Source of the DNA: Mayamaea pseudoterrestris
Lineage: Eukaryota
Reading direction: 5' to 3'
NCBI GenBank assembly: GCA_027923505.1
Contig: BROI01000008.1
Coordinates: forward strand, 868,001-932,000
Length of the DNA: 64,000 nt
The position numbers and the translations under genes are program-made. The notes under the pieces were generated by a model, which saw only the letters and a list, made by a program, of their open reading frames with translations, was not told the DNA's origin and did not search any database. This document shows positions 8,874 through 20,069 of this stretch, one piece after another. Position 1 is the first letter of the stretch, and each line of letters starts with the position of its first letter.

Positions 8874-11633
8874 ATGCAGTTCATGTTTTTTAGAAATGAA
8901 TACCATTCATCCTCCGCCTCTCAACTGGAAAAGCTGCATCAGAACTTGATCCGGCTTCTGACGACAGGTCAGCCTGCGTTGCAACTGCAACTGACCAAGC
9001 CCTTTCGAAAAAACCAACAAAACGCTTCGTTTGAAGAAGATCGACTTTTATCCAGGTCTGCTTTTCGAGAAATCAATGACATGGCTTCATCCTCCTCAGC
9101 GTCAGATGAAGCCAGTCGCAGAATCGACAATGAGACGGAATTGGAACGAGGGCTTTCGTTTATCGATCTGGAAAAGCTTATCGTAGAAACTATTAGCAGT
9201 ATCGGCGAGACTCTCATACAAGCTTCAGAAGCTCATAAAAAGGAATGTTTTGAGTATTTTGTGGAAAACAAGGTTCTTTCAGATCTGATCGAGATTGCAA
9301 AGGCTCAGCCTCCATCAACAGTCCTTGCTCGAAAACATGATCGAAACCCGGCAATCTTTCATCAAGCGACCTGGAGCTCGCTTGTCAAAGCCAGCGTACT
9401 AAGGTCATTGGGATTAATCATCTGTAGAAGCACTGCCGAGGTATTGTTCTTTGTGCTGTCGCAAACTTGTGTCAACGAACTTCTCCTATGCATCCAACCG
9501 CTTCAACAATGGACGGAGCCTGCTTTGGATGTCATTCTACCGGCATACGTCGAATTAATGCGTAATATTGCCAATCAATTGAGAGCCGGCCCATATCTCT
9601 TCCCACTGCTCGAACTGCATCATTCTGATACGAGCCAAAAGTCCCTGCCCATTCTGGACTGTGTTCTGGAAACGATTCTGAGCTCATATGCTAATTCCGA
9701 TTCGTTGGCGCATGTTACATGTCTCAATCTGCTCATAGACTTGTTGCAGCTCGATGAAGTTCACACGTTTGTTGAAATTGACGTGCGGCTAGTGTTGTCC
9801 GATCACCTTTGTCGCATGCTCCTGGATCGATACAATCGCTTCAGATCTCTCATCAGCGGACCAGTCGTGGACGGAGCAAGATCGAATGCATTGAAGCATC
9901 ATATCAGTGGAATGGACGATCAAATTGATTTTCTTAATGACATCTTCGATTGTGGAATCCAAAAGCTGAATGTTCGACCATGCGAGACTTTCCTTCATCG
10001 CGTCGTGATAGTGTTGCTAAACGATTTTGCGTCGCCTGCCAATCGACACTTTTTGAACGTGGGCGTTTTGGATACTGATGTAATTCCTTCTACCGAAGCT
10101 AGCTCGCAAGCGTCTGTCTTCGTCTTCTCTCGATTATTCGACCGCATTGCATACGCTCCACTATTTCGAATGATGACTGTCACATTATTGCATCCTCAAT
10201 CGACACGACTTTGGACTCATACCATGGCAGATTGCACGGACGAATATCCATTAACGACTGAATTGCAAGCTATTGTGGATGGTGCTGGCGAAAGCTGCCC
10301 TAACATATGGCGGACACAACTGGTGGAAACCTTAAAGTGAGACTATGGAGAATGGCGTCTCTTACCTGCAGCAGTCCTTGTTGAAAACGTTCTTCGATCG
10401 TCGTTGGTGAGAGAAAAAACATTGGCGCATCTCTCAATCATTGGTCACTATGAGGAAGGCTGGTGCGGTTCTGACATAGAATTGGCTGTTGCGACCTTTT
10501 TGGGTAGTGAGCATTTGCCCAGGTCCGAAGCTGTCACCATGGCACTGCAGTGCATGTCGACTGTAGCACTTCACATATTCCAAGCGAGCGCAGTGCACGT
10601 ACGAAAGGCCGGCGTCGATGCAAAGACTTGTCACCAGACGTTACATCAGCTTCCAGTTGCAAAGGCTCTTGCAACAGCTCGTGATCATTTTTTCAACCAG
10701 GCAATGCAATCGTCGGAACTCTTGGGCGACGAAATTTTCTTAAACATTGTCGAATGTGCGATCAAGAGTCGATACAAACGTGGTAGCTTTAACGCACGGT
10801 TCGATTCCACAGCTCTTGTGCCGTATACATGCCTTCTGTCCCACTATGGTGCAGAGGCATTTTCCACCAAGCCGGAAATTCTGATTCGCCAACTGCGAGT
10901 GGTCACTTTGAACAACATAGAGCGGTCCCGATTCGTCACGGAAATGGCTGTGCATTTTAGAGCTGCATGTCGCATCCTTGGTCGTTACGAATCGCAAATT
11001 CACAGTTGCTTTGCAGGTAACGTAACGAAAATGGTGAAGTTGGGAGTCATGTCCGATAGCCTGGATGAGCTGGCGGACATCTTTGGAACGCAACGGTATG
11101 ATTTAGTCGGTACCGACGTTGACATCAGAGGAAAAAGGTTTTTTCGGTTTAAGACGCATGACCATCTTGCACCTTCCGTCGAGGCGAAGCACGATGAGCT
11201 AGCGCCATCCATCGAGGAGAAGCACTATCGAGCGCCTGCATATAGCGAGATGACTCCTCAAGGGCAGCTAATCCTTGTGATAGATGCGATTGATTTGCTA
11301 ATTTTAAAGCCCATTGTACGGTGCGACACTCATCGGTGCGCTCTCGTCTGCAATATTCCGCTGTTACGCATTATTGCCGCGGCTTGTGACGGTGCTTGGC
11401 TACATATCGCTGTTCAGCACTACGATGTGAGCCACTTGATTAAGAATGGAAACATGGCATTGCACTTTGATTCCGCCGGCACTTGTCTAACTATCGCACA
11501 GCACTTGAAGCGACACCGGATCGAACTGCGGAGTAAAACGATCAGCAAAATTAAGCGAATCTTCGACGTCGCCATAGATGAAGAAATGTCGGCTGGGTCA
11601 TCCGCTGCAACTATTAACGACGAGAAGAAATAA
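8874..11633 (+). CDS. CLEC16A / TRANSPARENT TESTA 9-like FPL-domain protein, interrupted by one in-frame TGA (10338-10340)
   Basis: ISSIGETLI...ECFEYFVENKVLSDLIEI and YVELMRNIA...PYLFPLL resemble the FPL domain. ORFs 8865-10340 and 10404-11633 are in the same frame, separated only by the TGA. Confidence 0.6.
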
Positions 11634-11670
11634 GAAGTATAATCATATAGAAACCATCTATGTTGTCCAA

Positions 11671-12854
11671 TTAACGTTGCCGGCTCACATTCATGCCCAA
11701 CAACACCCCAATCCCGAACAACCCAGCACCATAAAGCATAAAACGGGAAATTCCTTCCGTCATGACTGCCTTGGAATCGGCGAGCTGAGAGCCTCGTCGC
11801 ACAAGTTTGATTTGCTGGTCAAAGTGAAATTCTTCCGCAGCATCGAGTGGTACGAGAAGCGAAACCTTTTTTAATGGCGGAAGTTTAGAAAGAACTTCCT
11901 TGCGTATCTGAGCAACAATCTTCTTCACAAGTGTTATCATTTGCGCTGATCGCTGTTCCACCGCCTCGAGCACTTCGGCATGCGTCGCAATCGGCGCACC
12001 CTCGTCACCAGCCATGACGACTTGGTTTGTGATCAAACTCAAGCAGAGAGTTTGCAGCGATGCATGGTGAGCAGCAACTATTTCAGGGCTACAGAGTAAA
12101 CGGCAAACATAAAGTGAGCGACGTGGTCGTTGTGGCTTCTTCCGTGTAACATCATTCCATGTACTCACACAGTTGACATGCCAACTGCATCGCCTCCGAG
12201 CAGACGAAGAAATCGGCATTCTGCCTTGCTTTCATACTGTGGTCCAGACACATAGCAATACGTTCCATGCGGAATGAGAAAATCAATACCAAGCTCGTCC
12301 GCTGCGTGCTTGGCCGCTTCACGCAAGCGGTCTGGATACGCGTTACTTGTCGCTGGAAATCGCGGACCAAGCTCTTGGTCGTTTGGCCCAATGAGTGGGT
12401 TTCGTCCAGCTAGCATGGGTAACGCTAGATGGTCACTGATGCACACCACGTCTCCAACCTTGTAGTCCGGATTCAGTGCACCTGCCGCGTTGGTACAGAT
12501 AAACATCTTGACCTGCAGGCAGCGCATAACGTAAACCGGTAGTACGACCGTCTTCATGTCATAGCCTTCGTAGGAATGGAACCGGCCCCGAAAGCACATA
12601 GTCGGTACTCCGCTTAACATTCCAAAAACGACTTCTCCCTTGTGACCTTCGACGCCGCATTCGCCTGGAAATCCTGGAATGTCATGGTAGGGAACTGTCA
12701 TTATGGGGCCATCCAAAGCTGCCGAAAGCCCTGACAGCCCTGATCCGCAAACAATTCCTAAGTCAGGAAGAGGCATGTTGGATGCTTGGAGCAGCTTTTC
12801 CAAATAGCCCGACGCCATGCGATAGGGAACGAACGAGCTCGGCATTTCCTTCAT
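11671..12854 (-). CDS. PNP: Purine nucleoside phosphorylase (PNP-I type) with C-terminal hydrophobic tail, 2 exons
   Basis: GIVCGSGLS, GRFHSYEGY, TNAAG, GPQYESKAE, DAVGMSTV|PEIVAAHH, LSLITN. Intron 12168-12089 (GTGAGT...TAG). Confidence 0.93.
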
Positions 12855-13165
12855 GATGCTTAGCTGTAAGTTTGACGCTGTAAATCTGGTCTACTTCAGC
12901 GAGCTCTCCAAATGACAAATTGAATGTTCGACTCTACTATCTGCCTTGACTGTAAATGTCTTGTCTCGCTATACAACTATAACAGAGGAGTCTCTTTGGA
13001 GAGAAGTGACGGGGTCATCGTCGCGGTCGGATCAAGAAGTTCTTTGCGATGCCGTTCTGTTCGCGATCGAATGACGTCATCGCGCGTCAACTATCCCGAT
13101 CCCTAGTCGCAACGTCATTCGCAGGCGCAACCACGAATCTTGCGGGCTTCACTTTTTGCTCGACA

Positions 13166-14744
13166 ATGAGGATCATCCTTGCCATCCTAGCAGCTCGAGC
13201 AGCATACCCCGTCGTCGCTCATTCGTCGAATGACCCGTCGTCGTCATTCGATAACTCTTTTGCGTACAGTCAATCATTTTCTCTCGATCTTTCGGATGAA
13301 TGGGACGACGTGCAACGGCATGATGATGGATCACCCTCCGATGCTGCACCAGCCGATGAATTATGCATCTCGAGTTGTCTGTTATACGATGAAGGATCTT
13401 TATTTTCATCACTGGCCATTATAGGAGGAGATATCCCAGAAACAACTGCTATATCGCCGCTTGCAGGCGAAGATGAATCTGACAATGATGACGATGACGA
13501 CAATGACGGAAGCTCATCCATGTTAGGCAACAACTCTTTAAGGCGTCCAATGGCAGCTGTAGCAGCTGGAACCGGCAATGATCATCAGGGACTGCCCCAA
13601 GAATTGGATGATGCGCCATTACAATCAACGATGCACCAAAGCACTGGTTCGGTTGCCACCATGTTACAGATTCGAGGCGGTGCAGCCACTATCAAACGAA
13701 GGCTTCCTCCAGTCCCAGACGCTGCTGTCGCGAAACCAACGCATGCCAATGTCCATAGCCATACCGGATCACAAGTTCTGAAGGGTCTTTTTACGACGGC
13801 ATTGGTTACTCTCATATTCGAAGCAATGATTGGACACATTCTCGAGTTTTTAAAGATTCGAATGCAAACAGCGTCTGGTGGCGACGCTTCTTATGCGTCC
13901 GTCATTCGCGATATTACCGCAACCAAAGGAATTATTGGCTTATGGGACGGCTTTTGTCCATAGGCGTCATTCAAGCCGTCTCCAAGGGCGCTATATTTGG
14001 AGTGGCATACTCGCTGGCACTTGGTCTTGTGGCTCCGTGGATCAAGGGCAACGTCTTACCGAAACAATTGGCGTACACGCTTGCTGGAGGCTTCGCCGGC
14101 GGCATGCAAGGATACGTATTGAGTCCGACGCTTTTGTTAAAGACACGAGTCATGACGAATCCCATCTTTCGCGAGAGCATGTCGTTGCTGGAGACGACGC
14201 TACAGAGCGTCAAGATTGGGTCTGACATTGTCGCACACGAAGGACTCGTCGCTTTGATGAAAGGTTCAAATGTTTTCGCATTGAAGCGGGTGCTGGACTG
14301 GTCCAGTAGGTATTACTTTGCAGACATGTTTGAGCGGCTGTTCCGAGCGATGAAGAAGGACAAGAAACTTACGGTTGGCGAGAAGAGTGCTGCTTCACTT
14401 CTCGGTGGCGTCGCCTCGACGTGCTTCACACTTCCATTAGATGTTTTAGTCGCCAAAATACAAGACGCCAAGAAGGCAGGGGTCCGAGTCAGTCCTTTTG
14501 TCATGTTTCATGATGAATTACGAGATTGGGGCTGGTCAGGTTTGCAACGCAATTACATGCGCGGGTTTGAAGCGCGCCTCGTCCACGTTTCTCTGACAAC
14601 GCTTGGTAAGTCGCCGGCTTTGATCATGCCATACAGCAATTGTTGTTCGACAAATCAGTTATGCTAACAACTTCTTATGTTTGTGAATTAGTCATTAAAA
14701 CATGGACTCCCATTGTCTACAACATATTGTTTCCAGCTTCTTGA
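13166..14744 (+). CDS. Mitochondrial-carrier-family (SLC25-like) protein with signal peptide and long N-terminal extension; apparent 1-nt frameshift at ~13961; 1 intron
   Basis: Carrier repeats HILEFLKIRMQ, SPTLLLKTRVM and LPLDVLVAKIQ; GIIGLWDGF and EGLVALMKG. Intron 14606-14691. The frame changes between ...GFCP and GVIQAVSKG. Confidence 0.75.
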
Positions 14745-14771
14745 CGAGCACACGGAGCATAATCTCTTTGC

Positions 14772-16690
14772 TTAAAACCCGCCTCCTTTTCTGTCCTTGA
14801 CCAATGCCCGCTTACTCGGCGGTATAACAGCAGCTGGCAACTCTGAAGGGATCGGCCGATTCTTCTGGAGCACAGCATCGCACAAAAACATGGCGACGAC
14901 ATACTCTTCGTGATCGAATAGCCCGTCCTTGTCAATGTCCGCTAAGTTCCAAATTTGGCGGAGCTGTTCCTTCTCCAAACCAGTCTTTACCAAGACTTCT
15001 CTTGCCTTTTCAGTCGACAAGAAGCCACCACGCGGACCCAAGGCTTCAAAACTCTTCAACAATCTATCGGCGCTGTCTTGTAGTGCCCTGTAGCAGCATC
15101 GCATTCAAATTATAATGTTAGTTGATTTTACAATAAAAACATCCTGCCTGTCACTGTTAGTTCAACTTACCAATACCGATCTTCATCATTTTGGTCAAAC
15201 CCAAACGGGTTTGCATTGTTTGACTCATCCGCCTTCCCAAACTTGCTCGCAGTCGTCGGCATGGGAACTGACGGAATCTCACCTCGACCCATCTTTACGC
15301 GGAGTGTTTCTGGTGAATCCTTCTCGCTTGGCAATTCTTCCATTAGTTTTGGAATATCCACGTTCAGCACCTGGTCGAGAGCATCAATTGTCTTTTGACT
15401 AAATGAGTGGAAGTCTGTAAATTTTGACTCCGCAAGCTTCGCCGAGAATTGCGCCAAATCGGGGAAGTCTCCAGCCGCCAAATTGTGCTTCTTAAGAATG
15501 GTACGGAAGACAGTAGGCAGGTCAGCAATGAGCTTCTTCTGCTTCTTTTCCTTGCCCATCATGGTTGGCATCTCAGACTTCAAATGACCGATAATGTAAG
15601 CCAGCGTTTTGACCTTTCGAATACGCTTGACCAACTCGTTAATCTTTCGGACGGCCGATTGCCGAGGCAGTACAGCCATGTCACGCATGAGATCCTTCTC
15701 CTCCCTTTCAAACAACTCCGCATTGTCAAGATTCTTCAATGGTTCTTGCCAAAACGACCCTACATAAACGCGACAGACTTCAGGCGAGGTCATGGTCTTC
15801 CCCAGCGACCAGAGCAATGCACCATAGACTCGCATGAGCTGCTGACGGTCAATCTGATCAGCTTTGTTAAGGATGCAGCGGATTTTATCCTCGTGCCCTT
15901 TTAAGACATCAATGGCACCCTTGAGCTCGTCGCTAATGTCAAGCTTATGAGCGTCAAAGAGGAGAATAATTCTGACAGGTAAAGGAAAGCAGCAAATAAG
16001 CCTCACGTCAAAGCAAATTACGCATCAAAGCCACAAAGCAACCAATTATACAAGCACGTACAAATCAGCCTTTTCAGCAAACCACGCGACAACCTTGGTA
16101 AAGTCATATCCCCGATTCTGGCGTTGCTTTTCTCCCGACAAGATACCCGGCGTATCCACCAAAGTGATGCTTCGTAAAACCGAACTTGGCAGCTGACTGC
16201 CTTCCAATCGACTCAAAAAGGAGACTCCAAATCGTTCCAATCCACGAAACGGAAGCTCCGGATGCACGGACAAGGCATTTCCCGGAATAGTTCGTTCGTC
16301 GGGTCCATTGAGAAGAACTGTGAAGCGATCGGTCGTTGGCTCGGGTCCAATCCGCTGACCAGGAAAGTCGCGGCCAAGTAGATATCGAATAAATGACTGA
16401 AGAGGCAGAGAAGCATCATTGAGTCAACAGTCTACATGCAGCAGCAAGCTACTGATTCCAACTGTAATACTAACCGTCTTTCCAACACTGTATTGACCGA
16501 TCAACAGGACTTGCGGCTTGGCATCAAATTCAATATCCGACAGTAACGGAGACTCATAGAAGAATGGATAATTATAGCGCTTCTCAGCTGGAAGAATATA
16601 CTTTGAATAAAGTTCCTTCAGCCGCATGCTAATCTTGACGCTCTTGTCCATTGGGTCAGGTTGTTCTTTGTCGTCCGCCCAATCGCTCAT
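14772..16690 (-). CDS. EHD: EH-domain-containing dynamin-like ATPase (EHD/RME-1), 4 exons
   Basis: LLIGQYSVGKT|SFIRYL, GPEPTTDRF, VDTPGILSGEKQR, LNKADQ and a C-terminal EH domain (LRQIWNLADIDKDG). Introns 16474-16397, 16061-15972 and 15170-15088. Confidence 0.95.
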
Positions 16691-17080
16691 GATTCTGTCT
16701 CGTCTTCTTCTTTCTTCCTAAACCACAGTAATGATCTAATGAAGCAATGAAGCAGCCTTGCCATACGATTTGCCACAGACTTAGAGCAGCAATGATATCG
16801 CAACAAAACGGAGTGTGACGACGGCCTTCTGTGACTTTCCGTTCCATGGTGGTTTCAACGGCTCGAACCTCCGCCGAAACTTCATTACCGCTAAGACATT
16901 CATTTGCACGCCTGCCCGTTACGCATCGATTTTTCATCGTGGCACCTCGTAGTCACGCATCCAACATAAAAGGAAAGAAGAGAGGCTTCGAACCCCTTCC
17001 TCTAGTATTGACGTATAAACTGTAAGCGGTTGACGCAGCGAGACTATAGGCAGTCAAAACTATAGAATAAATACGATACA

Positions 17081-18046
17081 ATGTCCATGGCAGCAGCACT
17101 GAGCAACATGGCTTCGACCAACGTCTTCTCCGACGCTCGTCGCCGCATGGCGAGTTCGCGCGTCGCCACAACGGCCGAGGATGACGAGGAGGAGGAGGAA
17201 GCGAATCGCATACGAGTCGCTGAGGAAATTGTGACGAGTGACGATGAAGATGACGACGACGACGACGAAGAACAGCAGCGTCGATCGCCCGAAGATACTG
17301 CAGATTCACTGGAACCTGGAGCTGATATTCGTACCACGACTAGAAGTAATACAGTCACTTTGGCGGAATTGGAGGAGGAGCGAGAGCTACAGCGACGCCG
17401 TTCCAGTGTCTGCGTCATGCTGTCGGCTTTTTTGCTGTTTCGCCTTTGGGTCTTGGCGCTGGAGGAGGGAGACTTTTCGCTGCTGTTGCTTTGCCTTGTT
17501 CTTACGAGCTGGATTGCTCGATGGATTGGCATGAACCGCGAGCGAGAGGAGGAACTGGACCGACGGATTGCTAATTACATGGAAAACCCTAACGGAAGCG
17601 ACCCCGAGTTGAACCTGAATGATTTTCGCATGCTCAGTTTCCAAGCGCAACTGGCGCTTGCGATTATGGAGAGCCAAAGGCAAATGATGCAAGGAGGCTA
17701 TCATCCAGAGGGCGCGCAATCCAATGGTGTCAGCGATGAGTCACGAGCAAAATGGGAGCGACTGGAGTACAAGGTGGAAGATTTAGATGGAGCGCATGAG
17801 GAACTGATTAAGAATAAGGATGGTTATGGCAGCGTGGCACTCAAGGATAAGAAAGAATTTGACGATGATGGCCCACACTGTTCCATTTGCCTCGGCGAGT
17901 ACGAGGACGGCGACACCTTGACAAAGCTACCATGCCAGCACTTGTACCACACTGATTGTATAACCAGTTGGACCGAGTCTCATATCACCTGCCCCTTGTG
18001 CAATTTTGACCTTGCCAGTCATACAGTAATTGACGCTGCCGAGTAG
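17081..18046 (+). CDS. Transmembrane RING-H2 E3 ubiquitin ligase
   Basis: Two TM helices and CSIC...LPCQHLYHTDCITSW...CPLC. Confidence 0.9.
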   Translation: MSMAAALSNMASTNVFSDARRRMASSRVATTAEDDEEEEEANRIRVAEEIVTSDDEDDDDDDEEQQRRSPEDTADSLEPGADIRTTTRSNTVTLAELEEERELQRRRSSVCVMLSAFLLFRLWVLALEEGDFSLLLLCLVLTSWIARWIGMNREREEELDRRIANYMENPNGSDPELNLNDFRMLSFQAQLALAIMESQRQMMQGGYHPEGAQSNGVSDESRAKWERLEYKVEDLDGAHEELIKNKDGYGSVALKDKKEFDDDGPHCSICLGEYEDGDTLTKLPCQHLYHTDCITSWTESHITCPLCNFDLASHTVIDAAE

Positions 18047-18112
18047 ATTATGAGTAATTAATTTCTTAATCGCAGTAATTTATGCAAATACATTACAAGG
18101 CAAAGTATCCAT

Positions 18113-19909
18113 CTATGGATCTAACGGTAGCTCTTTAGCCGCGACATTGTTTATCCACCCTTGATGTCTTCGAGTATTTTGCCGCTGGATTCCCAATCGC
18201 ATTCCCAGGATGAGGCCCGAAACGACAGCCGACGCGACAAAGATTGAATTCAATGCATCCATGCGTATACGGATCGCGTTGTGCGAGTCTCCAAGAGCAG
18301 CAGAAAAGCCAGCGCTATATTGAGCTGGCAACATGCGTTTGGTGAGGACGTTGGCTGCCAAAAAGTAGCAACCCATGCACCCACCTATAACGGGAGACAG
18401 AAATCCTTGAAATTGCTGATTAGCGATAAGCCTCTCGTCACTGCAATGACAGCAAAGTTTCTGGTAAATGCTCTTCAACCACGAAGCAACCGTTGCAGCC
18501 GTACGGAGAAAGTACCGGACTTGCGAGAAACTCAAAAATAAAGTAAGAATTAAAGAAATGGATTGCGACAAGAGCTCTGCATCTTGTGACGACACTTGCG
18601 ACCACAGCAGTAGCTTGGTAATGATATCTATTTGAGAATGTTGGCTATTCACTTCCGACCCAAATTGTGGTAAAATTTGCATTAGTGCCGATAGCAGCCG
18701 CAGAGCCAAAATAAGCGAGAACACCAAACCTAGCCAGGACCGCAGCGCTCCCAAGGGCGTGCGAGACATGGCAGCCATGTATTGAGAATTGCGCATTTCC
18801 GCGAGGTCTACTTTCATTTCTTCAACCAATGACTCCAAGAATGCTGCTTCGTCGGCAAGTATTTTCCGTCGTTCATTGATTTCGTCGCCAAGATCCCCAA
18901 AGCCCTGACGCCGCGTCGGCGAGTCCGCGATGCTGTTAACATCAAGTTTGACTCCATCTGTGCGGTCTCTCTGATTCATCAAACATACCATTGCTTTGTC
19001 CAATTCCTTCTCGGCGTACGTGATAGCCTCGGGGCGTATCGGCTCCAAGAATAGCCCGGCCAAACAAGAGTAAGGCATAGACACGCTTCCGAAACCATTT
19101 AAAATTGAGCTAATAATGATTCCCAAAGCAACCACGAGTGAGACAGCTTTAGCAAGAATTGTATGATCTGGCGAGGAATTACTTGAAAGGATCGGAGAAG
19201 CCATTGAGTGCAGAACAAGAATCGTGCTGCCCGTTCCAACGAGAGTGCCGATAATGATGACTTGCAGCCTGACACATTTTGCCCGAACCCAAGCCAAACG
19301 AGCGGCTCGCAGAGAAAGCACTCCACCATATTTATGATGCATCATTAATATAGAAACATCCCGTTGTCTCGGTAGCACCTTCTTTATTATGGTCCATAGC
19401 CATCCCAGGAGACACCAAGACAGACTTGCAATACATCGAAACAAAAGTCGGAACGCCAACACGACCACTCTGATGGCGAAGGGATAATCTGTTCTAGCAG
19501 AAAATAGTCTTTTCTTCTTGTCTTCATGATCAGGTAAAAAGTTGCCATGCGCAAGCGAATTGGAGATGGCTGGAGGCGAAATCTGTGAACAAAGTTTAAC
19601 GCCGATGATACTTGGTTGAACAACCAAAATGATGAAAACAATGGACCACAATACGACATAGTATGCATATGCGACGCTCCGATAGTTGTTAAAGCTCTCG
19701 TCTTTGATATAGCCATCGCCATCAGCTGATGAAGAATGAGTCAAGAAAAGTAACCATGTCGAGGGGGTCGCATCGATGATGGATAAAGAAAATAGAAGGA
19801 AGGACAGAAACAGAACAGATTTCACGGGTAGTAGTTGCAAGGCAAAGGCTCCTCTTACAGGTATGTAATAGGATAAGGCTACGGATGCTGATATAAGCAA
19901 TCCGTCCAT
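18113..19909 (-). CDS. GPR89 / Golgi pH regulator / GTG-type membrane protein
   Basis: LGIIISSILNGFGSVSMPY, coiled-coil loop ending SRTPLG, IDIITKLL, GCYFLANVL..RMLP..Y. Likely start MDGLLIS at 19909; the longer ORF overlaps the neighbouring gene. Confidence 0.8.
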   Translation of the reverse strand: MDGLLISASVALSYYIPVRGAFALQLLPVKSVLFLSFLLFSLSIIDATPSTWLLFLTHSSSADGDGYIKDESFNNYRSVAYAYYVVLWSIVFIILVVQPSIIGVKLCSQISPPAISNSLAHGNFLPDHEDKKKRLFSARTDYPFAIRVVVLAFRLLFRCIASLSWCLLGWLWTIIKKVLPRQRDVSILMMHHKYGGVLSLRAARLAWVRAKCVRLQVIIIGTLVGTGSTILVLHSMASPILSSNSSPDHTILAKAVSLVVALGIIISSILNGFGSVSMPYSCLAGLFLEPIRPEAITYAEKELDKAMVCLMNQRDRTDGVKLDVNSIADSPTRRQGFGDLGDEINERRKILADEAAFLESLVEEMKVDLAEMRNSQYMAAMSRTPLGALRSWLGLVFSLILALRLLSALMQILPQFGSEVNSQHSQIDIITKLLLWSQVSSQDAELLSQSISLILTLFLSFSQVRYFLRTAATVASWLKSIYQKLCCHCSDERLIANQQFQGFLSPVIGGCMGCYFLAANVLTKRMLPAQYSAGFSAALGDSHNAIRIRMDALNSIFVASAVVSGLILGMRLGIQRQNTRRHQGWINNVAAKELPLDP

Positions 19910-20069
19910 GGTAAATGTGGATGCATTTGCAGTGCACGGAGCATGGTGATGGTAAAAATGGAACGCGCGATGGCGCGGCGCATGTATTAATGCTGAACGT
20001 CCTTTTGTCGGATCGGTACTTGTTGGCCACCCATTTTTGTCGCTGTTCGCGGCATCAAATCCATGATCC

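Noticed and set aside
10338..10340. Selenocysteine codon
   Set aside because: There is no redox-motif context, the family is not a known selenoprotein, no SECIS was recognised downstream, and the stop context (TGA GAC) is not a typical readthrough context.
16980..17003. tRNA T-arm / B-box-like GGGGTTCGAAGCCTCT on the minus strand
   Set aside because: No acceptor stem, D arm or anticodon arm could be built around it.
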